Part shown: positions 1 to 9,865 of the stretch, in pieces
Layout of the letters: each line of letters begins with the position of its first letter
Position numbering within the stretch: position 1 is the stretch's first letter
Origin: an uncultured Chloroflexia bacterium
GTDB taxonomy: Bacteria; Chloroflexota; Dormibacteria; CF-121
Reading direction: 5' to 3'
NCBI GenBank assembly: GCA_963795805.1
Contig: CAWCIV010000004.1
Span: 79,052-143,051 of the forward strand
DNA length: 64,000 nt
Notes under the pieces: model-generated
What the model saw: only the letters and a program-made list of their open reading frames with translations
Database searches by the model: none
Told to the model about the DNA's origin: nothing
Program-made: the position numbers and the translations under genes

Positions 1-1
1 T

Positions 2-469
2 CTGCGGAACCTCAGTGACGAGTTGATCGCGCCGGCCTACCTCCTGGTTGCGAACTGGTTGTGGGCGATGCTGCGTCGTGATCGCCGTCCCCGTCATCTT
101 CTGATCGACGAGGTTGGCCTACTCCTCGAACACGAGCCGATTCGACGTTTTCTGGTGCGACTCGCTCGTCGGATCCGGAAGTACGGCGGCAGTCTCATCC
201 TGGTAAGCCAGAACCCCGGAGACTTCTTTGAGACCAAGGACGGGGCCGTGTTGGCCAGCAACCCCAGCATCCTTTTATTGGGGTCACAGAAGCACTCGGA
301 GGCGATCAAGCTGCAAAAGGCTTACAACCTGACCGATCGCCAGGTCAATTACCTCGAGACCGCCGCTCGCGGTGACTTCCTGCTGGTCGCCGGCCCGAAC
401 CGAATCCCGGTACACATCATGGCGCCTCCATGGATGGACGAGCTCATCGTGGGGTCCCGCAGCCGCTAA
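2..469 (+). CDS. VirB4/TraC-like P-loop ATPase, C-terminal part (5' end outside window)
   Basis: Walker-B-like 'LLIDEVGLLL' followed by 'LARRIRKYGGSLILVSQNPGDF', typical of VirB4/TraC-family C-termini. The frame is open from position 2. Confidence 0.75.
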   Translation: MRNLSDELIAPAYLLVANWLWAMLRRDRRPRHLLIDEVGLLLEHEPIRRFLVRLARRIRKYGGSLILVSQNPGDFFETKDGAVLASNPSILLLGSQKHSEAIKLQKAYNLTDRQVNYLETAARGDFLLVAGPNRIPVHIMAPPWMDELIVGSRSR

Positions 470-571
470 GCAGGCTCTGCCGCGGGGGCGTTCCGTCCTC
501 GTAACGGTTTGGACGGGACCGCGATGAACGCCAATGGTTCCACGCGAAGGTAGCGTTCTGGTCACGAAACT

Positions 572-3500
572 ATGTCCTCGCCTACCCGCGCCAGGCGCGC
601 CGGGATGGTGCTGCTCGCCGCAGCCACTGCGCTGATGCTCGCCCCGGCTCCGAGCCTGGTGCAGGCCGCAGGGCCGGGCTGTGCGACGCCAGGGTCGGCT
701 GGGACGGCCACGATCACCGGGGTCGTCAACACCTATTACCCGGGTACCGCCACCGTCGCTGCCGGGGCGACGACCATCACCCTCGGCACCGCGACCGGCT
801 CCGTCACGCCAATCGCGATCGGGGACCTCGTGCTGGTGATCCAGATGCAGGATGCCGCCATCGACTCGACCAACACCGGCGCCTACGGCAACGGCGTCGC
901 TGGCGATCCGGCGACCGGATCAACCTCTCTCAATAGTGCCGGGCTCTACGAATACGCGGTCGCCACGAGCGCGGTGCCACTCGCCGGCGGCAGCCTGACC
1001 GTCAGTAGCGGACTCATCAATGCGTACACCCAGGCAGCCCCGACCGCGACGCAGGGTCAGCGTGACTTCCAGGTCATCCGGGTGCCCCAATATGTGGCGG
1101 CGACACTGGGCGCCGGCCTGACGGCGGGGCCCTTCAACGGCTCAACCGGGGGCGTGCTGGTGATCGATGTGGACGGGGCCCTCAACCTCAATGGCAACAC
1201 GGCCAGCGTCAACCAGGAAGGCTTCCGGGCTGGCCTCGGCCGGCAGCTCGCCGGCGCGGCCGCCGGGGGAACCGGGACCGACTACGTGAATCTCAGCGCC
1301 AACCCATTCCACGGGCAGAAGGGCGAAGGGATCGCCGGAACGCCGCAGTATCTCTACGACTCCCGAACCGGCACCACCGTGAACAACGGGGCCGATGGCT
1401 ACCCGAACGGGAGCACCGCGCGAGGCGCCCCGGGAACCGCGGGCGGTGGCGGCACCGACCCACATCCGTCAGGAAATGACGAGAACACCGGTGGCGGTGG
1501 GGGCGCGAACGGCGGCGCCGGCGGCATGGGTGGCAACTCGTGGAAGTCCAACATCGCCGTGGGCGGCTTCGGTGGGACGGCATTTCCCGCCACCGCGGCG
1601 CGTGTCACGGCCGGCGCCGGCGGTGGCGCGGGTTCTCGAAACAACTCCGGCGCCATCGTGAATGCGAGCAGCGGCGGCAACGGCGGCGGCATCGTGATGA
1701 TCCGCGCCGGAAGCGTGACCGGCGCTGGCAGCATCACGGCGAACGGCGGGTCAGGCATTGGGCCCGACAACGACGGCGGCGGTGGGGGTGGCGCCGGCGG
1801 CACCGTCGTGGTCGTGACGCAGACCGGCGGACTCGGCGGGCTGACCGTCAGCGCGCAGGGTGGTGCCGGCACGAATGCCTGGGCGGCGGATGCCGGCGGG
1901 CCGGCCGACTACCACGGGCCTGGTGGTGGCGGCGGCGGCGGTCTCGTCCTCACGAGCAGCGTCGCCGGAAGCACAAACGTTGCGGGCGGCACCAACGGGA
2001 CCACGACGACGGATAGAAACGCCTACGGGGCCACCCCTGGAGGCATCGGGTCGCAAGCGGCGATTACCGCCGGCCAGGTCCCCGGCGCCGGGTCGGGCGC
2101 CGCCTGCACCTCAGATCTCACGCTTTCCAAGACCCACACCGACCCGCTGGTTCGCGGCGGGACGGGTGTCTACACGCTAACCGCGAATAACGTCGGCGGA
2201 ACGGCCACCAGCGGCACGACCACGGTGACCGATACGTTGCCCGCCGGCTTGACGCCGACGGCGGCCAGCGGCAGCGGCTGGACCTGCGGCATTGCCACGC
2301 AAACGGTGACCTGTACCAGCACAGCAGCCATTGCCAGCAACGCGTCCTTTCCCGCAATCTCCATGACGGTCGCGGTGGCTCAGTCGGCGCCGGCGTCCTT
2401 GACGAATACGGCCACCGTCTCGGGGGGCGGCGAAGTCAACACCGCGAACGACAGCGCCAGCGACCCGACCACGACGGTCGCCCGAGCCGATGTCGCGGTG
2501 ACCAAGATCGCGAGCAGCGGGACCGTGATGGTGGGCTCGAACGTCGACTTCACCGTGACCGCCTTAAACAACGGCCCGTCCGACGCCACGGGCGTCCAGG
2601 TCACCGACCAATTGCCGGCCGGCCTCTCGTTGGTGTCGGCCACAACGATCAGCGGCAGCTACACGCCCGCGACCGGCGTCTGGAACATCGGCTCGCTGCC
2701 GAGCGGCGCGACCGTGACCTTGACGCTGACGGCCAGGGTCACGGCGACTGGATCGCTGACCAACACCGCGCGCAAGACCGCGGAAACGGAGACCGACCCT
2801 AATTCGGCAAACGACACCGCCAGCGTCACCATTACCGGACAAGCCTCGGACCTGACCCTCGCGAAGTCGCACGTCGGGTCGTTTGTCCGCGGGTCGAGTG
2901 GCACCTACAGCCTGGTCGCCAGCAACAGCGGATCGGCAGCGACGGCCGGACTCGTGACGGTGACCGATACCTTGCCCGCCGGGCTTACCCCGACCAGCGC
3001 AACGGGAACCGGCTGGAGCTGCGGCACCGCGGGTCAGACGGTCACCTGCACCCGCTCTGATGCGCTTCCGATTGCTACGTCCTATCCGGCGATCTCGGTG
3101 AACGTCACCGTCTTGCAAACAGCTACCAATAGCGTGACGAACAGTGCCACGATCGGCGGTGGGGGTGAGGTCAACACCGCCAACGACACCGCGACTGACC
3201 CGACCGCCGTGACATCCAGCGCCGACATTGGTGTCGCGAAGACCGCCAGCAGCGGCACGGCGACGGTCGGGTCGACCGTCCAGTTCACCATTACCGCGAC
3301 GAACACGGGTCCGTCGGATGCCAGCGCTATTGTCGTCACGGACCAGCTTCCTGCCGGCACGAGCTTCCTTCAGGCGAGCGCCACCGTCGGGACCTATAGC
3401 GGCGGTACCGGGCTGTGGACCATTGGCGCGCTTCCCAACGGCGGATCGGCAGTCCTGACGATCACGGCAACGGTGACGACCACCGGCGCTCACACCAATA

Positions 3501-5101
3501 CGGCAACCAAGACCGGGGAGAACGAGCCGGATCCCAACGTCAGCAACGATTCATCGAGCGCCACGGTCAATGGTCTGGGGCCTGATCTGACCATCTCGCT
3601 CAGTCATGTGGATCCGTTCGTGCGAGGTACGACGGGCAGCTACAGCGTGGTCGCGAGCAACGTCGGAACGGCATCCACCAGCGGACTGGTGACTGTCACC
3701 GACACCGTTCCGGCTGGCCTGACGCCGACCGCGGCCTCCGGAACCGGCTGGGCGTGCAGCATCGCCGGCCAGGTCGTGACCTGCACGCGCTCTGACGCGC
3801 TCGCTGCTGGTGGCACGTATCCACCGATCGGACTCACGGTCGCCGTGTTGCAGACCGCGCCCAGCACGGTCATCGACAGCGTGACCATCGCCGGTGGCGG
3901 CGAGACAAACCTCGCGAACGATACCGCCACCGACCCGGCGACGATCGCCTCGCTCGCCGACGTGGCCGTGCTCAAGACTGCCAGCAGTGGGTCGGTGACC
4001 ATTGGCTCGAACGTCACGTTCACGGTCACGGCCCACAACGCCGGCCCGTCGAATGCAACCGGCGTCCAGGTGAGCGATCTGCTCCCATCGGGCCTGACCC
4101 TGGTCACGGCCACCCCAAGCGCGGGCACCTATACCGCGGGCAGCGGGGTCTGGACCATCGGGCCCATCCCCAACGGGTCGTCGGCGAGCCTGGTGGTGGT
4201 GGCAACGGTGACCGCGACCGGAACGATTACCAATACGGCGACGAAGTCGGCGGAAAACGAGTCCGATCCGAATACGACCAATAACAGCGCCAGCGCCGCG
4301 ATCAGTGGCCAGCCCACCGCCGTCGTGCCAGGCCCACCGCCCAGCGGGATGGCCATGGTCGCGAACCATCAGGGCCCTGCCTGGCCAGCGCTTCTGCTGG
4401 CAGGAGGCTTGTTCCTCTTGGTGCTCGTGCTCCTGGCGGTCCGCCGGCGGTCGCTTCACCTCTTCCTGGCGGCTGCAGGCCTGGCGGCCGGCACAAGCCT
4501 GATGCTGAGCGCCCCGGCGCAACCGCTGACCGCGACGCGCGCACTCAGCCTCCACGCCGCGACGACGGTGGCATCGGACATCCAGGTCTACGGAAAGACG
4601 ATCTCGATTCAGAAACCGATCGTTGAGAGTCGTCCAACCCTGCATCAAGCAACCGGACCCATCACACCCACTCGCATTCGCATTCCCGCCCTCAACCTCG
4701 ACACGACGGTGGAGGCGGTCGGGGTCAACCGTCAGGGTGCGATGGACGTGCCGAGCAACATCTGGGACGCCGCATGGCTGCAGACTGGAGCCCGTCCCGG
4801 CGCGGCGGGCCAGGCCGTCATCGATGGCCACCTGGATAGTGTCGCGGGAAAGGCCGTCTTCATCGACCTGCACCGGCTCACGCCCGGCGACATGATCTAC
4901 GTGTCAGACGGTTCGGGTGGCGAGTTGACCTTCCGCGTCACGGCCACGCAGGTTGCGCCGCTCAATGGCTTTCCCGCGCTCAAGGTCTTCGGGCCATCGA
5001 AGGGACGACTCCTCAACCTGATCACGTGCGCCGGCAAGTACGACACCGTGCACCGGACTTATGATCACCGACTGATCGTCTTCACGACGCTGGCTGCCTA
5101 G
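572..5101 (+). CDS. Secreted Gly-rich / 6x DUF11-repeat surface protein fused to a C-terminal class F sortase domain
   Basis: Signal peptide, Gly-rich region, six DUF11-like modules (DLxxxK...VTDxLP...TN), then PPPSG + TM + RRR, a second hydrophobic segment, and a sortase domain with GHLD, LITC and YDHRL motifs. Confidence 0.88.
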   Translation: MSSPTRARRAGMVLLAAATALMLAPAPSLVQAAGPGCATPGSAGTATITGVVNTYYPGTATVAAGATTITLGTATGSVTPIAIGDLVLVIQMQDAAIDSTNTGAYGNGVAGDPATGSTSLNSAGLYEYAVATSAVPLAGGSLTVSSGLINAYTQAAPTATQGQRDFQVIRVPQYVAATLGAGLTAGPFNGSTGGVLVIDVDGALNLNGNTASVNQEGFRAGLGRQLAGAAAGGTGTDYVNLSANPFHGQKGEGIAGTPQYLYDSRTGTTVNNGADGYPNGSTARGAPGTAGGGGTDPHPSGNDENTGGGGGANGGAGGMGGNSWKSNIAVGGFGGTAFPATAARVTAGAGGGAGSRNNSGAIVNASSGGNGGGIVMIRAGSVTGAGSITANGGSGIGPDNDGGGGGGAGGTVVVVTQTGGLGGLTVSAQGGAGTNAWAADAGGPADYHGPGGGGGGGLVLTSSVAGSTNVAGGTNGTTTTDRNAYGATPGGIGSQAAITAGQVPGAGSGAACTSDLTLSKTHTDPLVRGGTGVYTLTANNVGGTATSGTTTVTDTLPAGLTPTAASGSGWTCGIATQTVTCTSTAAIASNASFPAISMTVAVAQSAPASLTNTATVSGGGEVNTANDSASDPTTTVARADVAVTKIASSGTVMVGSNVDFTVTALNNGPSDATGVQVTDQLPAGLSLVSATTISGSYTPATGVWNIGSLPSGATVTLTLTARVTATGSLTNTARKTAETETDPNSANDTASVTITGQASDLTLAKSHVGSFVRGSSGTYSLVASNSGSAATAGLVTVTDTLPAGLTPTSATGTGWSCGTAGQTVTCTRSDALPIATSYPAISVNVTVLQTATNSVTNSATIGGGGEVNTANDTATDPTAVTSSADIGVAKTASSGTATVGSTVQFTITATNTGPSDASAIVVTDQLPAGTSFLQASATVGTYSGGTGLWTIGALPNGGSAVLTITATVTTTGAHTNTATKTGENEPDPNVSNDSSSATVNGLGPDLTISLSHVDPFVRGTTGSYSVVASNVGTASTSGLVTVTDTVPAGLTPTAASGTGWACSIAGQVVTCTRSDALAAGGTYPPIGLTVAVLQTAPSTVIDSVTIAGGGETNLANDTATDPATIASLADVAVLKTASSGSVTIGSNVTFTVTAHNAGPSNATGVQVSDLLPSGLTLVTATPSAGTYTAGSGVWTIGPIPNGSSASLVVVATVTATGTITNTATKSAENESDPNTTNNSASAAISGQPTAVVPGPPPSGMAMVANHQGPAWPALLLAGGLFLLVLVLLAVRRRSLHLFLAAAGLAAGTSLMLSAPAQPLTATRALSLHAATTVASDIQVYGKTISIQKPIVESRPTLHQATGPITPTRIRIPALNLDTTVEAVGVNRQGAMDVPSNIWDAAWLQTGARPGAAGQAVIDGHLDSVAGKAVFIDLHRLTPGDMIYVSDGSGGELTFRVTATQVAPLNGFPALKVFGPSKGRLLNLITCAGKYDTVHRTYDHRLIVFTTLAA
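2111..4310 (+). repeat. Three tandem A-B pairs of DUF11-like modules (period about 735 bp)
   Basis: A modules start near 2111, 2847 and 3581 (with a WxC...VTC Cys pair). B modules start near 2486, 3221 and 3956 (NxGPSxA, GxWxIG motifs). Confidence 0.85.
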
Positions 5102-5143
5102 GTTTGTGGCTGAGTGCCTTGTACAGGCTTACGCAATGGCGGC

Positions 5144-5539
5144 TTAGCGCACGGCGCGCAGGGCGAGCTTGATATCCGACACGCCGAGGTAGGCGCTGAC
5201 TCGCCGGGCGCTTCCGCCTGATCCCAGATAGGCGTAGTCGATGTTGACGCTGGCCTCCCGCAGCTTGTGCGCGACCACGCCGAGGCTGCCCGGCTTGTCG
5301 GGGAGGACGACATGGAGCACGTCCTCCTCGCTCGTTTCCCACTCGTGCTCAGCAAAGACCTTCTTTGCAGCAGCCGGCTTGTCGACGATCATCCGGATGG
5401 TTCCGTGATTCTCATCGAGCGTGGCCATGGCCATGAAGGCCAGGATGTTGACCTTCTTTGCGCCCAGCGCCGAGCCGATGATTCCCAGCATGCCCGGGCG
5501 ATTGTCGACGTGCGCCGTCAGTTGCTTTGCCCTGGGCAT
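5144..5539 (-). CDS. ACT domain-containing protein (tandem ACT)
   Basis: Two ACT-like repeats: 'VDNRPGMLGIIGSALGAKKVNI' and 'LPDKPGSLGVVAHKLREASVNI'. Confidence 0.85.
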   Translation of the reverse strand: MPRAKQLTAHVDNRPGMLGIIGSALGAKKVNILAFMAMATLDENHGTIRMIVDKPAAAKKVFAEHEWETSEEDVLHVVLPDKPGSLGVVAHKLREASVNIDYAYLGSGGSARRVSAYLGVSDIKLALRAVR

Positions 5540-5844
5540 GTGTAGGGCTATCCTAGGCCCTGCGGGTTTCGCTTACTTCGCGGCGACGGTGACCTTGTTC
5601 GAGGCGGCGCTCTCCAGGCCTGCGGCGCGCCCGGTCACGTAGTACGTGTATGTCGCCCCGCCAGTCAAGCCGGAGTCAGTAAAGGTCGTTGTGGTCAGGC
5701 CGGCCTTGATCAGGGTCCAGGCACCACTCCCCGCCATACGGTAGAGCGCGAAGGTCTTGTCACCGGCAGCTGCTTTCCAGCTAAGGGTGATCTTGTGTCC
5801 GGACTGCGCCGTTGCAGTCAATCCGGTCGGCGCCGCGGGTAGCA

Positions 5845-8135
5845 CACGTATCAACGTCTGCGCCGTCAGCGTTCCGAGGTGCGCCGTGACCGTGCCGGTC
5901 CCCGCGGACGCGGCGCTCGCCACGAAGGTCGTTCCGCTCCCGGTGGCAGCCGACAGGGTGCCCGGTGTGCCGGTGCTCAGCGACCACGTCGCGGCGCCCG
6001 AGCTCACTGCATTGCCGTACGCATCAGTTGCCGAGGCCGATAACGCCGCCGTCTTGCCGACCGCGAGCGTGACACCTGTCGGCGATACGGCGAGGGCGCT
6101 CGGCGGCCCTGCGTTGACCGTCAGGCTGGCAGTCGCGGTCTTTCCCTGGCTCGTCGCTGTCACGGTATGGGCTCCGGCCGCGGTGGCGGTGCAGGCAGCG
6201 TTCGTGCAGCTGCCGTCCGGCCCGATGCTGTAGCCGGTCCCCGCGGCGGGTCCCAGGTCATTGCCGTACTGGTCGAAGGCCTCCGCAGCGTAGGCCTGCG
6301 ACCCACCGGCCGTAATCGTTGCGGTCGCCGGCGTCAAGCGGATGTGGTCCAGGCTGCCGGCGTTCACAGTGAGCGAGGCGGTCGCGGTTTTGCCACTGGA
6401 GTTCGCCGTTACGGTGTGGGTGCCTGCCACGGTGGCGGTGCAGGTCGCGCCGTTGCACAACCCGTCCGGCGCGATGCTATAGCCGGTCCCCGCGGCGGGT
6501 CCCAGGTCATTGCCGTACTGGTCGAAGGCCTCCGCAGCGTAGGCCTGCGACCCACCGGCCGTAATCGTTGCGCTACCCGGGGACATAGCGATGTGATCGA
6601 CCGTGGCGGGTGTCACGCTCAATGTCGCTGTCGCTGACTTGCCCCCATCGGCTGCGGTCACCGTGTGGCTTCCGGGCAGCGACGCCGTGCAGGTCGCGCC
6701 GGAGCACGAGCCATCCGGCGTGATCGTGAACGCGCTCGTCGTGGTCTGGCCGCCGAGGTCATTCCCGTATTGGTCGAAGCCCTCGACCGCATAGGTCTGA
6801 ATGCCTCCGGCAATGATCGTCGCTGTCGCGGGCGTCAGGACAAGATGATCTAGCGGCCCGACCGTCACGGTTTGCTGGGTGGTCGTGGTGAGGCCCAGGT
6901 AGGTCGCGGTCACGGTGTAGACGCCCGGCGTCGTTGCGCTGCAAAGGTTGCCGGTGCAGGCGGTGGTCGGCGGCCCGATCGTGAGACCGAAGCCGCTGGT
7001 GATATTCGAGAACGTGGCATTGAAGTACTGGTCATCGCCGTACAGGGCATACGCCTGACCGACGCCCGCTGCGGTGGTCTGCATCCGAGGATTCAGATGA
7101 ATGGTGGCGGTTGGGCCCGCGCTCACAGTCAAGCTAGCCGTGGCCGTCGCTCCAGATGCGCTTGCCGTCACGGTGTGAGGGCCCGCCTTGGTGGCGGAGC
7201 ACGATCCGACGACGCACGATCCATCCGGCGTGATGCTCAGGGTGGCTGCCCCGGCGGGGCCGAGGTCATTCCCGTACTGGTCGTAGCCCTCCATGTTGAA
7301 CGCCTGGGCGGTGCCGGCCGCGACCGCCGCGGTTGCAGGCGTGAGTGCCATATGGTCGAAGGCAGAGGCCGTCACCGTTAGGGAGGCGGTACCCGTCGGC
7401 CCGGGCCCACTTGGGCCACTCAGCGGTGCCGGATACCGTATGGGTGCCCGTTCGGGTGGCTCCGCAGCTGGCGGATGTGCAGCTGCCATCGGGTGCGACG
7501 CTGAAGTTCGTTGACGCGGTGACATCACCGACGCTGTTGCCGTACTGGTCGAATGCCGAGGCGGCGAAGGTCGCCGCTCCGCCCGCGGTGATCGTGGCCG
7601 ATGCGGGCGTGATCGCCAGCCTGGCTGCTGGGCCCGGCGTGATGGTCAGGGTGGCCGTCGCGGTCATACCACTGGACAAGGCGGTAACGGTATGCGGACC
7701 GGCGACCGTCGCAGTGCAGGAGCCGGAGGTGCAGGAACCATCGGGGCTGATCGAGTAGGCTGCCCCGAGCTGAACCATGTAGTTGATTTGGTTGCCGTAC
7801 TGGTCGAAGTACAGGACGGAGTACGGTTCCTGGTCGCCGGCACGGATCGTCCAGCTGCTCGGCGAGAGCGCGATGTGGTCGGCCGCAGCCGCCGTCACGT
7901 TGAGGGTGGCGGTCCCGAAGGCCGCGGCGGCTTGTCCCGTCACTTGCTGGCTGCCGGCCTTCGTGCTCGTGCAGACGTTCGCCGTGCACGTACCCTGGCT
8001 GATCGAGAAGGTGACGTGGTTGGTGTAATCGCCGGCATCCTGCCCGTAGGCGTCATAGGCTTCCGCACCGTAGGCCTGCGTTCCACCGGCCGCCATGGTC
8101 ACGCCTGGGGGCGTGATAACGAGATGGTCAATCGG
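5845..8135 (-). repeat. Nine ~83-aa Ig-like repeats (DHxxLTP...FDQYGN...PDGxCxxxxCTAT...HTVTA...TATAxLTV)
   Basis: Read directly from the two translations. Eight of the nine copies have a CxxxxC pair. Confidence 0.85.
6231..6572. repeat. 93-bp perfect direct repeat (6231-6323 = 6480-6572), spacing 249 bp
   Basis: Base-by-base identity from tagccggtcc to gtaatcgttgcg in both copies. Confidence 0.9.
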
Positions 8136-9746
8136 GCCAGGCGTGGCGCCGCCGATGAGCGCGACACTGTGGGGGCTTCCCGGCGTGGTGTCGTTGATCG
8201 TCAAAGTGCCGTTGCGGGGGCCATAGGCGCTGGGGGTAAACGTCACCAGGACCTGGCACCCTCCACCGTTGTTGAGCGGGCCGCAACTGGAGCTTGCCGT
8301 GTAGTCACCCGACGCCGTGACACTCGAAATCGTGACCGGGCCGGCAAAGTTGTCGCTGATCGCGACCGGGACCGTGGTGCTGGTGCCCAGGCTCTTGACG
8401 CCAAAGTTCACGTTGCCGGGCGCAATCCCGAGGGCGCTGCCGAACAGCGTGAGAGTATCGCCGGCCGGCACGGCCAGGTAGCCGCCGCCAGTTCCGAGAC
8501 CGGCAAGGGGGGCCGAGGCATTTTGTTCGTCGGGTGCCTTGATCGGAGCGCCGACGGCGGCCGACCAGGTTTGTTTCCCGGTGGAGGCGTCGATCCCGAA
8601 GATGTTGCCGAGCGTAGACCCGATATAAACGGTGCCATTGACGACGATCGGAGCAGTCGACAGTGAGGCGTCACCGGTGAAACTCCAGAGCGATGCGTTT
8701 GTCGCGAGGTCAACCGCCTGAAGTGTTGAACCATTCAGGAAAAATCCGGTCGAACCACTGAATGCGGGCGCAACGCTCGCATTGAAGGTGCCGAGGTTCG
8801 CCCCTGTCCCCGCGTCGAGGACCGTGTTGCCGCGGGCGGCGTCACGGACGTAGAGCTTGCCGTTGTAGAGGACGGCGGTCTTTCCGCCGCCACCTTCACA
8901 ACCCGTGGCATGGTGCCAGAGGAGGGCGCCGGTCAGGGGTTCGAAGTCATAGGTTTGTGCGCAGGCGTAGGAAACGTAGACGCCCGAGTTCGTGACGACC
9001 GGGGTGCTGTGGTCGCCATTCATCACCGAGGCCTGCCAGGCAATCGCGCCGGTGGCCTCGTGAATTGCGTACAGGGTGCCGCCCGATCCGGCGCCGCTGG
9101 TGTAGACGAGGTCGGAGTTTGATCCAAAGATCGACCCCGAGGGCGGTGAGGTGAAGCTGGTCTGACCGGGAAGCTGCGTGGCCCACTGGCTGGCGCCACT
9201 CTGGGCATCGAAAGCCTGCATCTGACCGGTCGAGTTAATGGTGAAGACACGTCCGTTGTCGTAGGACGCATTCGCCCAGAACGACCCGCCCAGGTCAACC
9301 GGGCCCCAGGCGATCGCACCCGTGCGGTAGTTGATCGCGTAGAGCTGCGCGTGATTGGTTGTCGGATTGGTCGTGGTGACAAAAATTCCCTCCGGGGCAA
9401 GGAGCGGATATGAGACCGGACCGCCGAGATTGAGTGTCCAGGCTGGCTGGAGTGGCGGAGCCATGGTCTGAATTCCCGGCGAACCGCCGTGCGAAGGATT
9501 GACCTGATAGGTCATGCCCTGGTCAGTCGTGGTCGTTTGCGGGTACGGGTTCCAGGCGGCCGCGGCGACCGGTTGGACGGTGATCAGGGCGAGCGCAACG
9601 GCCGCGCTGGCGCTAAGCGCCAGAGCGCGACGAATCAGCGGCGCGCCTTGCTGGCCCAACGTCATTCGGCCCAGTGAAACATCGGAACCTTGCGGCGAAG
9701 GTAACGGCCCGGCTCGGACTTCGCTTCAGTCGGCCAAAAAACTTCA

Positions 9747-9774
9747 TTGATTTTTGCCGACACGCGCATATAAT
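9747..9774 (+). promoter_or_regulatory. Sigma70-type promoter TTGATT-N16-TATAAT, overlapped by an imperfect inverted repeat (CGGCCAAAAA...TTTTTGCCG)
   Basis: AT-rich patch in the divergent intergenic region. TTGATT at 9747-9752 and TATAAT at 9769-9774. Confidence 0.65.
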
Positions 9775-9865
9775 TAGCGGCTGAAATTGCGCTGACGGTT
9801 ATCGACCGGCCGACCGTGGCGCGCGAGAGATTGTGGGGACGATCTCACGCAAAGGGGAAAAGACG

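Larger units (their letters stand above)
5573..9665 (-). pseudogene. Large secreted protein: PQQ-like beta-propeller + Ig/ASH-like domain + 9 Ig-like repeats + FN3, interrupted by a +1 frameshift at about 7421 (pseudogene or sequencing error)
   Basis: ORF 7266-9665 and ORF 5573-7528 carry consecutive copies of the same repeat. Skipping base 7421 joins ...HTVSGTA to SGPSGPGPTGTASLTVT into one protein of about 1360 aa. Confidence 0.8.

Noticed and set aside
2111-8135. Regularly spaced DNA repeats as a CRISPR array or mobile-element ends
   Set aside because: The periods (about 249 and 735 bp) are multiples of three and encode protein domains. There are no short repeat-spacer units or cas genes.
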